A stretch of 64,000 nucleotides of DNA from an uncultured Thermoplasmata archaeon (GCA_963713145.1 CAVQKI010000003.1:96532-160531), one strand, 5' to 3'; shown: positions 9,650 to 20,081, numbered from the stretch's first letter. Notes: generated from the sequence alone by a model not told the origin. Program-made: numbers and translations.

Positions 9650-10093
9650 GTGCCCGCGAAGTCGCGGACGGTCGCCCTCGAACGGGTCCCCGACCTCCCG
9701 CCGATGCCGGTGCCCGTGCGGGCGACCGCAGGTTCCGCCTGCTTCGACCTCACGGCCGCGGAATCGATCGAGCTCGCCCGCGGCCGCGTGGCGCTCGTCC
9801 GGACAGGGTTCAAGATGCGCTGCCCGGCGGGTACGTTCCTTGAGGTGCGACCTCGGAGCGGTCTCGCCAGCCGGGGCGTGCTCATGGTCAACGCCCCCGG
9901 AACGATCGACCGGGACTATGCAGGGGAGGTGAAGGTGCCCCTGACGTTCCTGTTCGAGGGGACGTACCGGATCGAGGTGGGGGACCGGATCGGCCAGGTG
10001 CGCCTGGTCTCTGACCTTCCGACGCGGTTCCGTCTCGGCCGTGTCCGGGCGGTCGAATCCCGCCGGGGCGGGTTCGGCAGCACCGGTCGCTAG
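9650..10093 (+). CDS. dut: dUTP diphosphatase (trimeric dUTPase)
   Basis: Motifs RPRSGLA, GTIDRDYAGE and C-terminal RRGGFGSTG. Confidence 0.85.
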   Translation: MPAKSRTVALERVPDLPPMPVPVRATAGSACFDLTAAESIELARGRVALVRTGFKMRCPAGTFLEVRPRSGLASRGVLMVNAPGTIDRDYAGEVKVPLTFLFEGTYRIEVGDRIGQVRLVSDLPTRFRLGRVRAVESRRGGFGSTGR

Positions 10094-11693
10094 CGGAACT
10101 CGGAGAGGAGGCGCTGGACCCCCTTCGGGGCTGGAGGGGGCGGCGCCACGCCTCCGGCCGCATCCGCTTGCACCTGCTCGAGCATGTCGTGCATCCGTCG
10201 CTCGCGCGAGAACGCCGCCCGTTGGAGCCCCTCGTCGCGCGTACCCTGGGCGACCAGCACGATCACACGGCCCGTCCTCGAGCGTCCCGTGCGCCCCCGG
10301 CGCTGGATCGTGCGGATCACGTCCGGGATCGGTTCGTAGAAGATCACGAGGTCGGTCGCGGGGATGTCGAGCCCCTCCTCCGCGACCGAGGTCGCGACCA
10401 GGCAGTTGATGCTCCCGTTCCGGAACCGGTCGAGCAGACCGACCTGCTCCTTCTGCGAAAGGCCGGTGTCCGTTCCGTGGGTCGCCTGGCCGACGAAGCG
10501 CGCGGGGCGTACGTTCGGGTCCGATAGCTGCTCCAGTTCTCCGACCAGGCGATCGACGGTGTCGCGGTACTGGGAGAACACGAGGACCTTCGCGTCCTTC
10601 TCCCGGTGCAGCTCCTCCCTCACGAGACGGACCGCCGTAGCGACCTTGGGGTGTTCCAGGGTGAGGTTGTCGAGGGAGCGCCGGACCGAGACGACGTCCG
10701 GGTCGTTCAGGAACGTCCGCTGGGCGGGCGAGCGTCGGCCCCCGGTCGCCGGGTCTTGGCGAAGCAGGAATTCCCGGAGCGCGTCGACCCCCTGGGTCTC
10801 GACCAGCTCGAGCGCGTGCATCCCCTTCATGGCAGCCGCCTGAGCCGTCACGGCCTGCCACAGGGACGCGGACTGGGGGCCGGCGCCCCTGCGACTCACG
10901 TCGATCTCCCGATGGAGCCGTTTTCCGATCTCGAGGATGGCACGCTTACCCGCGTCGCCGGACGGCAGGAGCCCGAGCCGTCGGAGCACGTCGACCTGCC
11001 GGGCGATCGCGGTGCGGAGCAGGATCGCGAGGTGCTGGACCTCGACCGGAACGGGGAGCGTGATCGCCTGGACCCCGATCCCGTGCAGGTACGGTGCGAC
11101 GTCCGAGCTGGACTCGGTCCTGTACTCGAACCGCTCGATGCCGAGGTGCGCCCAGACCTCGAGGATGCGGCGGCGGCTCCCCCCGGCGACGCGGTCATGG
11201 CGAGTACGCGCGCCCGGGGTCCCTGGCGGTTCGCCTCCCCGATCGCCACATACGGATACTCTCCGACCGCGCGGTGCGCCTCGTCGAAAACGATCAGGGA
11301 GAACGTGTCGAGCGGGAACTCCGCGATCCGGAGGTCGTTCGCGACCACCTGCGGTGTCGCGAGGACGACCTGGGGCGGCCGGAGGAGCGCGGCCCGGCGC
11401 TCGGGGGAGACGGCGCCGGTGAGCGTCAGCGGTTCCGGTGCGAAGAGCGTGCTCGCGACGGAGCGGGCGTGCTGCACGACCAACGGCCGCGTCGGGGCCA
11501 TGAACAGGATCGACGCGGTGGGCCGGCGGAGGAGGAACTCGGCCATCACGCGCAGGGCGATCGCGGTCTTTCCGAGGCCCGTCGGAAGCACGACCAGGGT
11601 GTTGCGTTCGACGGCGGTCTCGGCGATGGTTCGCTGGTAGAGTCGGTCCTCGAGGACCTCCGGGCGAATGCGGGGATGTTCCACGGTCCCCAT
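10090..11693 (-). CDS. hef: Hef/FANCM-like SF2 helicase (helicase module only), apparent frameshift at the C6 run 11179-11184
   Basis: LPTGLGKT (Walker A) and VFDEAHRAVG (DEAH) are in the 265-aa ORF. After MTASPGG the protein continues as SRRRILEVWAHLGIERFEY and on into the 299-aa ORF (helicase C motifs VATSVAEEGLDIP, QRRGRTGR). Confidence 0.8.
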
Positions 11694-11725
11694 CGCCGGG
11701 CGACCCCCTCGACCGAGCGGACGGG

Positions 11726-11736
11726 CCTTTATTAGG
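11726..11736. promoter_or_regulatory. shared TATA-like element in the hef / GT2 divergent intergenic region
   Basis: cctttattagg lies about 20-28 nt upstream of the ATG at 11755 and about 35-40 nt upstream of the minus-strand ATG at 11693. Confidence 0.4.
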
Positions 11737-11754
11737 ACGGGTCTACGCCGAGAG

Positions 11755-12921
11755 ATGCTCGGCGCGTTCCTGGAGGCTCTGGTGGCCGCAGCGTCCCTCG
11801 TCGTGCTGCTCTACCAGGGTTGGGCGCTGTGGCTGGCCGCTGAGATGCCACGCCTGGTCCCCGCTCCGAGTCCGTCGACGGAACGGACCGCTCCCGCAGT
11901 GAGCGTGGTCATCGCGGCCCGGAACGAGGAGCTCGACCTCCCGGGGACGCTCGACTCGGTGCTCGCCCAGGACTACCCGAACTTCGAGGTGGTGGTCGTC
12001 GACGGCGGCTCGACGGACGGGACCCGTGGCGTGATCGATGCCCGGGCCCCGCGGGTCCGGCGGGTGGACGAGCCGCCGCTACCGACCGGATGGGTCGGCA
12101 AGAGCTGGGCCTGCTGGACCGGGGCGCGCGAGACCCGGGGCGAGTGGATCCTATTCCTCGACGCGGACGTGCGCCTCGATGCCCGTGCGCTCCGGACCGC
12201 GGTCGGCTGGGCAGAACGGGAGGGCGCCGCCCTCGCGAGCCTCGCTACGGAGATCGAGATGGTCGGCTTCTGGGAGCGCACGGTCCTTCCGTTCTACATC
12301 CAGATGGTGCTGACCTACTTCCGCGCCCCGCACGTGAACCGCTCCTCGTCCCAGACGGCGATGGCGAACGGGCAGTTCTGCCTCGTTCGCAGGGCCGAGT
12401 ACGAAGCGCTCGGCGGCCACGACGCGATCCGATCCCACCTGCTGGAGGACGTGGCGCTCGCCCGGAGGTTCAAGGCCGCCGGCCGTCCGATCCGGATCGC
12501 GTTCGCTCCAGACCTGGTCCGGACACGGATGTACCGGGACCGCCGGGAGATGTACGAGGGAATCCGCAAGACCGTTCACGGGACGGAGTTCTCCGCCGCC
12601 CGCCAAGTGGGATTCCTCGTCGGACTGGTCGGACTGTTCTGGCTCCCGCTCGCCGTCCTGCCGCTGGGGCTCCTGACCGGGGATTACCTGGCGACCGCGT
12701 TCGGTGCCCTGCTCGCGTTCGCCCTGTTCGCCAAGCACGTCGTCTTCGCGAGGGCCGTACGCGCTCCCGCCGTCTACGGACTCTTGTTCCCCCTCGCGGT
12801 CGGGTTCTACGTGGTGGCCGTGGCCTCGTCCCTACGGCACGGATTGCGCGGTGGGACCGTCGGCTGGAAGGGCCGTTCGTACCCCGTCCGACCGCCCGAT
12901 GCCTCCCGAACCGCTAAGTGA
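11755..12921 (+). CDS. family 2 glycosyltransferase, membrane-anchored
   Basis: VSVVIAARNEE...DYPNFEVVVVDGGSTDGT and ILFLDADV motifs, with TM segments at both ends. The in-frame ATG at 11755 is preferred over the listed 11668 start. Confidence 0.75.
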   Translation: MLGAFLEALVAAASLVVLLYQGWALWLAAEMPRLVPAPSPSTERTAPAVSVVIAARNEELDLPGTLDSVLAQDYPNFEVVVVDGGSTDGTRGVIDARAPRVRRVDEPPLPTGWVGKSWACWTGARETRGEWILFLDADVRLDARALRTAVGWAEREGAALASLATEIEMVGFWERTVLPFYIQMVLTYFRAPHVNRSSSQTAMANGQFCLVRRAEYEALGGHDAIRSHLLEDVALARRFKAAGRPIRIAFAPDLVRTRMYRDRREMYEGIRKTVHGTEFSAARQVGFLVGLVGLFWLPLAVLPLGLLTGDYLATAFGALLAFALFAKHVVFARAVRAPAVYGLLFPLAVGFYVVAVASSLRHGLRGGTVGWKGRSYPVRPPDASRTAK

Positions 12922-12934
12922 CCGGCCGACCTCG

Positions 12935-14419
12935 ATGACCAAGATGGCAGCGGCGGCAGAGAGCTACGGGCTCGTGATCGGCGGCCGGGAAGTGCCGGGC
13001 AACCGCGGGGAGACCCGAAAGGTCCTGGACCCGGCGACCAACCAGCCGTTCGCCCAGGTCGCGGTCGCCGACGCGGCCGACGCCCATCATGCCATGGAGG
13101 TCGCCGAGGCCGCGTTCCGCGAATCGAACTGGGCCTCGGACGACGGGGCCCGACGGTCCAAGGCGCTCCTCGCGCTCGCCCGCCTCCTCGAGGAGCGGCA
13201 GGAGGTGTTCGCCCGACTCGAAACGCAGAACATGGGGAAGACGCTCCGCGAGTCGCGCGTCGACATCGGCTTCGTCGTCCGGACCCTCGAGTACATCGCG
13301 GGCCTTGCCGACAAGATCCAGGGCGAAACGATCCCCGTGCCGGGGAGCCGGTTCGATTACACGATCCGCGAGCCGCTGGGCGTCACCGCCCACATCTCCC
13401 CGTGGAACTACCCGCTCCTGCTCGCGCTACGGTCCGTCGTCCCCGCGCTGGCGGCCGGGAACGCGGTAGTCTTGAAGCCCGCGAGCCTCACGCCGCTCAC
13501 GGCGATCTCCTTCGCACGGCTCGCCCACGATGCCGGCGTCCCGGACGGGATCCTCAACGTCGTCAACGGACCCGGGGGCGCGATCGGCGAGGCGCTCGTG
13601 CGCGACCCTCGGTGCCGTTCGGTCTCGTTCACCGGGAGCTCCGAGGTCGGCCTGCAGATCGCAGGGATCGCAGCCTCGCGGCTTCTGCCGGTGACCCTGG
13701 AACTGGGCGGCAAGAGCCCGGTCCTCGTCTTCCCCGACGCCGACCTCGACCGTGCCGCGCGCGGCATCGGTCAGGGGATCTTCGGGAACGCGGGCCAGAT
13801 GTGCTGGGCGGCGTCCCGGCTCGCAGTGCACGAGTCGATCCGCGACGCCCTGATGGAGCGGCTGAAGAAGATCGCCGAGGCGACCAAGCTCGGGCCGGGT
13901 CTCGAGGAAGGCGCCGAGATGGGCCCGGTGGTCTCCCGCGAGCAGGAGGCCCGCGTCCTCGAGTTCATCGAGACCGCCCGGCAGGACGGCGGCAAGGTCG
14001 TGGCCGGGGGCGGGAAGGCAAGCGACCCGCGCCTCGCGGCGGGCAACTTCGTCCTTCCGACCGTCGTGGCCGATCTCCCGGCCGCCTCCCGGGTCGTACG
14101 CGAGGAGATCTTCGGACCGGTGCTGGCCGCGGTCTCGTTCTCGGATGCGGACGACGCGGTCCGGATCGCGAACGACACGACCTACGGGTTGTTCGCCTCC
14201 GTCTGGACCCGCGACCTGGCGACGGCACACACGATCGCTCGGCGGCTGGAAGCGGGCATGGTCTCTGTGAACGAGCCTCCGACCACCTTCCCGCAGACGC
14301 CGTTCGGCGGGTTCAAGCAGAGCGGGGTCGGGTTCGAGCAGGGGCTCCGGGTGGTGGAGAACTACACCCGGCGAAAGAACGTCCTCGTCAACCTCGGCGC
14401 CCCGAAGCGCAAGGCGTAG
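12935..14419 (+). CDS. NAD(P)-dependent aldehyde dehydrogenase
   Basis: ALDH motifs FTGSSEVG, ELGGKSP and NAGQMCWAASR. The ATG at 12935 lies within the listed 12704..14419 ORF. Confidence 0.85.
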   Translation: MTKMAAAAESYGLVIGGREVPGNRGETRKVLDPATNQPFAQVAVADAADAHHAMEVAEAAFRESNWASDDGARRSKALLALARLLEERQEVFARLETQNMGKTLRESRVDIGFVVRTLEYIAGLADKIQGETIPVPGSRFDYTIREPLGVTAHISPWNYPLLLALRSVVPALAAGNAVVLKPASLTPLTAISFARLAHDAGVPDGILNVVNGPGGAIGEALVRDPRCRSVSFTGSSEVGLQIAGIAASRLLPVTLELGGKSPVLVFPDADLDRAARGIGQGIFGNAGQMCWAASRLAVHESIRDALMERLKKIAEATKLGPGLEEGAEMGPVVSREQEARVLEFIETARQDGGKVVAGGGKASDPRLAAGNFVLPTVVADLPAASRVVREEIFGPVLAAVSFSDADDAVRIANDTTYGLFASVWTRDLATAHTIARRLEAGMVSVNEPPTTFPQTPFGGFKQSGVGFEQGLRVVENYTRRKNVLVNLGAPKRKA

Positions 14420-14542
14420 ACCGGGCGGGTCACCCCCCGTACAGGTCGGGCCACTCCCCCCCCGAGCGCGCGGCCGGGGGCCACCGGTCCCACCTGGTTC
14501 GTACGAAACCACAAAAGCCGCCGCGCTCGCTCGACCGCGCGC

Positions 14543-15182
14543 ATGGGCACGGTCGAACCCGGCTCCTGGGCGAACTGCCGGGTACTGCGGAGCGGCCGTG
14601 CGCCCGGGCGCCGAGAAGTGCGGCATCTGCGGCGAGGGCTCGCCCATTCCCGCGGCGGAGCTCGCCAGCGCCCCCAAGGCCGTTCGGCGCCGCATCCGAA
14701 TGACCCACGGGCTCCGGTCCCTGGTCGTCATCGCGGCCGCCGTGGGTCTCGCCTATCTCATGATCTCCACGGCGCTCTCCGGCCCACCGAACGTGGTCGA
14801 CCCGCTCACGACCGCCGGGGCCTACACGATCGGACCGGGGAACTTCACGATCCTTTCCGGAAACATCACGGGGGGTGACTTCGTGGTCGGGAACTACACC
14901 ACGATCGCACCGGTCGGGACCGAGATCACCCTCAACGTGTACAACTCGACCCAGTGGGGCCTGTTCGTCAACGGCTCGGCGGCGACTCCGGCGGTATCGA
15001 TTGCGCCCACGGCGTCGGGACGGCTCATCTTCTCCCCGCTCTACACGGACCTGTTCACGTTCGTGTTCACGAACCCCTATCCGACGTCCAGCCACCTCAC
15101 GGTCCGGGTCTACGTCACGACCGAGTACGAGTCGAACGTGGGCGACGACGGGTTCGGCAGATCCTCATCGAGGAGTCGGTGA
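14543..15182 (+). CDS. zinc-ribbon, single-pass membrane protein with a sequon-rich ectodomain; apparent frameshift at 14580-14582 and 3' end abutting an IS relic
   Basis: MGTVEPGSWANCR (ATG 14543) joins YCGAAVRPGAEKCGICG if one G of the GGG is removed, giving CxxC...CxxC. This is followed by one TM segment and five N-x-S/T sequons (NFT, NIT, NYT, NST, NGS). Confidence 0.5.
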
Positions 15183-15815
15183 CCTTCCAGTCCGTGAAGA
15201 CCTGGAAGAGCTCGAAGGACCCCAAGTTCGCCGAGAAGCTTCGTCGGTTGGAGGAGCTCACCAACCGCCAGCACAACCCACCCATCGTTGTGTCGGTCGA
15301 CGAGATGGGGCCGATCTCGCTCCAGCCCTACGGCGGTCACACGTGGGCTCGGTCGGGGCATCCCGACCGAGTCCCGGCGACCTACAAGCGGCTCGGTGGA
15401 GTTCGCTACCTGATGGGGGCCTACGACTACTACCACAAGCGTCTCCGAGGGTTTCTCTCACGGAGGAAGACCGGGGCCGAGTGGGTGCGGTTCCTCCGCT
15501 GGGTCCGCTCGAAGTATCCGTCCGGGGGTCGGATCTACCTGATCCAGGACAATCTCTCCACGCACACCACCCCGGCGGCGGTGGCGGAGGCTCGAAGGCT
15601 GAGGATCACCTTCGTCCCGACCCCCACCAACGCGAGCCACCTCAACCCGATCGAGACCCACTTCCGCACGATCCGTCGATGGGCGTTCACTCGGACGAAC
15701 TACACCGACTGGGGCGAGGTCGATCGAGTCTGTACGGGCATCCATCCGTCGGCTCAACCACGCCCATTGCGTGACCAATTCACGACCCGCACTCCGCTGG
15801 TGGACGCGGCACTAG
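15150..15815 (+). mobile_element. IS630-family DDE transposase relic lacking the N-terminal HTH region, with an internal frameshift
   Basis: Catalytic-domain motifs lie inside ORF 14954..16831: VVSVDEMGPISLQP, IYLIQDNLSTH, ASHLNPIE. The C-terminus continues in another frame (IESVRASIRRLNHAH...) to the stop at 15813-15815. There are visibly more A/T-ending codons than in neighbouring genes. Confidence 0.7.
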
Positions 15816-16486
15816 GGCGTTTCGCCGTCCGCTGCAGGGGAGCTCGCCACCGATTCCTCGGCGCGCCGGAGGAGGTCGGCGGGGACCCGGTCCACGAGGA
15901 ACACGGTCTTGCCGGCCTGCATGATCACGAGGCCGGTCTCCCGGCCGCGGCGGGCGTCGACCTCAAGGATCACCGGCTCGGGCGTCCGGACCTTGCCGGC
16001 CGCCAGGGCGTCGGCGGCCGTCTTCGAGAGGTGGACTTTGCGGCGGTCGGTCGGCTTCAGGCCGACCTCGAGCACGATCGCCGCCTCCTCCGCGGTCACG
16101 GGGAAGTAGAGGCGGTCCGGAATGTTCTCGGTCGGAAGGTCGAGGTCGACCTCCAGGGTGTGACCGTAGGTGGCCCGCACGCGGTCGTCCTTCACCTCGT
16201 ACCGGCCCTTCGCGTCGGTCTCAGCGATCGCGACCAGGTGATGGGGGCGCAGCCAGTGGTACATCGGATGGCGTTGGGAGATCGCCCGGGCGATGTCCGA
16301 GAGGTCGATCCACCCCCGGGAGTCCATCGCGAGCTGGTAGCGCTCGGGGAAGTGGCGGAGGACTCCGGTGAGGATGCGCCCAAGGTGATCGAGCTCCCGG
16401 TCGTTCATCAGGAACCGACCGGCTTCGCCGCAGACCGGGCACGTCTCGGCCCGGAAGTATCCGTGCTGGGCGCACTCCTTCAGCAT
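15812..16486 (-). CDS. kptA: RNA 2'-phosphotransferase (Tpt1/KptA) with N-terminal zinc ribbon
   Basis: CAQHGYFRAETCPVCG followed by LTGVLRHFPERYQLAMDSRGWIDL and the KptA core. Confidence 0.8.
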   Translation of the reverse strand: MLKECAQHGYFRAETCPVCGEAGRFLMNDRELDHLGRILTGVLRHFPERYQLAMDSRGWIDLSDIARAISQRHPMYHWLRPHHLVAIAETDAKGRYEVKDDRVRATYGHTLEVDLDLPTENIPDRLYFPVTAEEAAIVLEVGLKPTDRRKVHLSKTAADALAAGKVRTPEPVILEVDARRGRETGLVIMQAGKTVFLVDRVPADLLRRAEESVASSPAADGETP

Positions 16487-16501
16487 CGGTGCGGGCGACC
16501 C

Positions 16502-16789
16502 TCACGCCTTGAGCTTGTCCGCCCTCTTCTCAAAGTCCGTGAGGAGGTCGTCGTAGAGGTCGACGAGGTCCTTGAGGACCCGCTTGAGGACTTGCTGTGG
16601 CTTCTCGCCCTTGGTGCGGAGGTAGAGTGCCGGCCGGTCGAGGAACGGGTGGCCGAGGAAATACCGTGCCTCGACGACCTTCTCCTCCCGCTGGAGGGCC
16701 TCCACGAGCGGAATCAGGAGGGTCTCCTCGCCGTGCGGGAACTCCACGCGAAGGAGGTCGTGCTCCTTCTCAACGACGCGAACTTCCAT
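16502..16789 (-). CDS. rpoL: DNA-directed RNA polymerase subunit L (Rpo11)
   Basis: A 95-aa product starts at the internal ATG (MEVRVVEKEHDLLRVEF...ARYFLGHPFLDRPALYLRT). The upstream part of the listed 199-aa ORF is Arg/Pro-rich. Confidence 0.8.
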   Translation of the reverse strand: MEVRVVEKEHDLLRVEFPHGEETLLIPLVEALQREEKVVEARYFLGHPFLDRPALYLRTKGEKPQQVLKRVLKDLVDLYDDLLTDFEKRADKLKA

Positions 16790-16921
16790 CCGGGACACCG
16801 AGAGTCGAGCGAACCGGCGACCGCTTCTTAAGCGTGGCGGCGGGCGGAGGGGGGAGTCCGCCGCGGGGGCGGGTCCGTCCGACGCGCCTTTAACCCATCC
16901 GGCCTGCGCGCGGTCACGCGC

Positions 16922-18328
16922 ATGCGCTGGCTGTTGGTCGGAGGGGGCGCCCGCGAGCACGCCATCGCCGCACCCCTCGTGCGGGCGGGCGCCGAGGTCG
17001 TGGTCGCGAGCCCGAACGCTAACCCCGGGCTCGAGCGGCTGGCGCGGAGCTCTGTGCGCGTGGAGCCGATCGACACCGAGCGGATCGTCGCCTTCGCGCA
17101 AAAGGAGCGCGTGGACGCCGCCGTCATCGGCCCGGAGGCCCCCCTCGCGAGCGGGGTCGCCGACGGCCTCCGGGCCGCCAACCTTCCCACCGTGGGGCCC
17201 GGGCGCGCCGCGGCCCAGATAGAATCCTCGAAGCTGTTCTGCAGGGAGCTTCTAGCCCGCCACGGCGTACCGGGCCAGCCCCGGTTCGTCGCCCCGGCCA
17301 CGGCCGAGGAGGTCGACCGCGCCGTCGTGGAGTTCGCCCGGCCCTGGGTCGTCAAGCCGAGCGGCCTGACCGCGGGCAAGGGCGTCCGCGTACAGGGTTC
17401 CGACTTCGCGGAGCCCAAGGAGGGGGCGATCTACGCGAAGACGCTCCTCGTCCAGGGAGACCGGGTGCTCCTCGAGGAGAAGCTCGAGGGGGAGGAGTTC
17501 AGCCAGATGGCGTTCGTCACCGACTCGGGGGTCTACCCGATGCCCGCGGTCCAGGACTTCAAGCGCGCGCTCGAAGGCGACGCCGGCGGGAACACGGGAG
17601 GCATGGGGTCCTACTCCCAGCGCGACCACCTCCTACCGTTCCTCAGCGCGTCGGACCGGGACGCCGCGGTCGCCTGTCTCGAGCGGACCGTGGCCGCGCT
17701 CCGGTCGGAGGGGCTCTCTTTCCGTGGGATCCTGTACGGCGGGTTCATGCTGACCGCGGCGGGTCCCCGCCTCCTCGAGTTCAACGCACGGTTCGGCGAC
17801 CCCGAGGGGATCAACGTCCTCGTCCAGTACGAGGAGGGGAACTTCTCCGACCTCCTCCTCGGCGTGGCGACGGGCCACGTCGACCCGAACCTCGTGCGGT
17901 TCCGTCGGCGTTCGACCGTCGTGAAGTACCTCGTGCCACCGGGCTACGGAAGCCTCTCCCAGCCGGGGGGCCTGCTCACGATCGACGAGAAGGCGATCGA
18001 GGACGAGGGCGTCCATGTGTTCTACGGGAGCGTGGACACGGCCGGACCCGGCGTGGTCCGTCTCGGGAGCTCCCGCGGCGTCGCCCTGGCCGGCGAGGCG
18101 AGCGCCATCCACGAGGCGTCGGCCCGGGTCGAGAGCGCGCTCCGCCACGTCTCGGGGACCTACTACGTCCGCCACGACATCGGCACGCAGGCGGATCTCG
18201 CCCGCCGTTGGGAACACGTGCGCCGCCTGCTCGCCCCGGCGGCGAAGCCGTCCCCGCTCCCGCTCAGCGTGGCACCCGCCGACGCCGCGCCGTCGAGCGC
18301 CGGTCCGGCGGAGATGCTGAACGGCTGA
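16922..18328 (+). CDS. purD: phosphoribosylamine--glycine ligase
   Basis: GGGAREHA, ESSKLF and GNTGGMG motifs with an ATP-grasp layout. Confidence 0.85.
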   Translation: MRWLLVGGGAREHAIAAPLVRAGAEVVVASPNANPGLERLARSSVRVEPIDTERIVAFAQKERVDAAVIGPEAPLASGVADGLRAANLPTVGPGRAAAQIESSKLFCRELLARHGVPGQPRFVAPATAEEVDRAVVEFARPWVVKPSGLTAGKGVRVQGSDFAEPKEGAIYAKTLLVQGDRVLLEEKLEGEEFSQMAFVTDSGVYPMPAVQDFKRALEGDAGGNTGGMGSYSQRDHLLPFLSASDRDAAVACLERTVAALRSEGLSFRGILYGGFMLTAAGPRLLEFNARFGDPEGINVLVQYEEGNFSDLLLGVATGHVDPNLVRFRRRSTVVKYLVPPGYGSLSQPGGLLTIDEKAIEDEGVHVFYGSVDTAGPGVVRLGSSRGVALAGEASAIHEASARVESALRHVSGTYYVRHDIGTQADLARRWEHVRRLLAPAAKPSPLPLSVAPADAAPSSAGPAEMLNG

Positions 18329-18375
18329 TCCCTCCGCCGAAGCGGTAAATACCCCGGCCCCGGTAAACACGTTCC

Positions 18376-18684
18376 ATGTTCTGTCCTCACTGTAAGCGGC
18401 TGATGCGTCCGGACCGCGCAGCCGCCGTATGGCGCTGCTCGACCTGCAATCGCACCGTGCCGCTCGGCCGCGGGGTCGAGGTCGGCCGCTCCACCCCCGA
18501 GAGCCGCACGGTGGACGTGGTGGAGAAGGCGGTCGCCACCCTCCCGAAGACCCAGGAGCAGTGCCCGAAGTGCGGGAACGGCGAGGCGTACTGGGTGCTG
18601 CGGCAGACGCGGGGGGCGGACGAGCCCGAGACCCGGATCTTCGAGTGCACGAAGTGCGGCCACAAGTGGCGTGATTACCAGTGA
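18376..18684 (+). CDS. tfs: transcription factor S (TFS / RpoM-like)
   Basis: Two zinc ribbons (CPHC...CSTC and CPKCG...CTKCG) and a QTRGADEPET acidic loop. Confidence 0.85.
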   Translation: MFCPHCKRLMRPDRAAAVWRCSTCNRTVPLGRGVEVGRSTPESRTVDVVEKAVATLPKTQEQCPKCGNGEAYWVLRQTRGADEPETRIFECTKCGHKWRDYQ

Positions 18685-19985
18685 CCGGCCTACCGTTCCA
18701 GCCGACCGCTCGCGTCTTCGTGCCCGAAGCGCTCGGGAGCGAGGTCCGCCTCCGGGGCTGGGTCGTCAAGTCCCGGTCCTCGGGCGGCATCCTGTTCCTT
18801 ATCCTCCGCGACAGGACCGGGGTTGTCCAGGTCACGGGGAAGCGGGACGTCCTCGGGTCGGCCGCCTTCGACGTCGCGGAGCACGTACAGGTGGAAGGGT
18901 CGGTACGGGTCGAAGGGACGGTCGCGGAGGACCGGCGCGCGCCGGGAGGACGGGAGGTCCGGGCGCGTTCGATCGAAGCCGTCGACGCCGGGCTGCCGTT
19001 CCCGATCTTCGCCGACCAGACGGAGGAGTTCCGGCTGGACAAGCGGCATCTGGTCATCCGCTCGCCGGAGCACGTGGCGACGTTCCGCGTGAAGGCGGAG
19101 TTCCTTCGCGCCTGCCGTGAGTTCCTCGACCGGGAGGAGGTCCTCGAGACGACACCGCCGATCCTCTCCGGGAACGCCGCGGAGGGCGGGTCCGAGGCGT
19201 TCCAGTTCGACTACTTCGGCCGTCCGGGGTATCTTTCGCAGACGGCGCAGCTGTACCTCGAGGCGCTCCTCGCGCCGCACGAGCGGGTCTACGCCCTCAC
19301 TCCCTCGTTCCGCGCCGAGAAGTCGCGGACCCCCCGCCACCTCACGGAGTACCTCCATCTCGAGGTCGAGCTGGCGTGGTGTGACCTCGAAGGGCTGATC
19401 GGCTTTGTCGAGCGGATGATCGCCGACACCCTCCACGCACTGGCCGAGCGACGGCCGAAGGAGCTCGAGCTGCTGGGCCGTCCGCCGAAGGAGCTCCTAG
19501 CGATCGAGGCGCCGTTCCCCCGCATGCGGTACGCCGAAGCGATCGACCGGCTCAAGGCCGCGGGGTTCCCGGTCGAGTGGGGGGCCGACCTCGGCACCGC
19601 GGAGGAACGGGCGCTGACCCTCGAGCAACGCACGCCCCTGTTCGTGACGCACTACCCCCGCGAGCTGAAGGCGTTCTACATGCTCCCGTCGACCGACGAC
19701 CCTCGCACGGTCGACGCGGCGGACCTCCTCGGCCCCGAGGGGTACGGCGAGATCGTCGGCGCTTCCTGCCGCGAGACCGACGTTAAGCGCCTCACCGAGC
19801 GCATCCTCGGGATGGGCGTCGACCCGGCGGAGTACGAGTGGTACCTCGACCTCCGTCGGCACGGGAGCGTGCCGCACGCCGGCTTCGGCCTCGGCGTGGA
19901 ACGGGTTCTGCGATGGGTGCTTCGGCGCGAGCACATCCGCGAGACCACCCCGTTCCCGCGGACGCCGGCACGCCTGACGCCCTAA
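18681..19985 (+). CDS. asnS: asparaginyl-tRNA synthetase (class IIb)
   Basis: SFRAEKSRTPRHLTEY, YEWYLDLRRHGSVPHAGFGLGVER and C-terminal FPRTPARLTP match the archaeal AsnRS pattern rather than AspRS (FPRD). 4-nt overlap with tfs. Confidence 0.85.
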   Translation: MTGLPFQPTARVFVPEALGSEVRLRGWVVKSRSSGGILFLILRDRTGVVQVTGKRDVLGSAAFDVAEHVQVEGSVRVEGTVAEDRRAPGGREVRARSIEAVDAGLPFPIFADQTEEFRLDKRHLVIRSPEHVATFRVKAEFLRACREFLDREEVLETTPPILSGNAAEGGSEAFQFDYFGRPGYLSQTAQLYLEALLAPHERVYALTPSFRAEKSRTPRHLTEYLHLEVELAWCDLEGLIGFVERMIADTLHALAERRPKELELLGRPPKELLAIEAPFPRMRYAEAIDRLKAAGFPVEWGADLGTAEERALTLEQRTPLFVTHYPRELKAFYMLPSTDDPRTVDAADLLGPEGYGEIVGASCRETDVKRLTERILGMGVDPAEYEWYLDLRRHGSVPHAGFGLGVERVLRWVLRREHIRETTPFPRTPARLTP

Positions 19986-20081
19986 ACGCCGCCGCCGCGT
20001 CGCGCGACTGGCTCCGGGCCCAGCAAGGTTCAAGAGCCAGCGCGCGCCTCGGCCGGGTGCTCGCTCATCGGGGGCCCCAGC

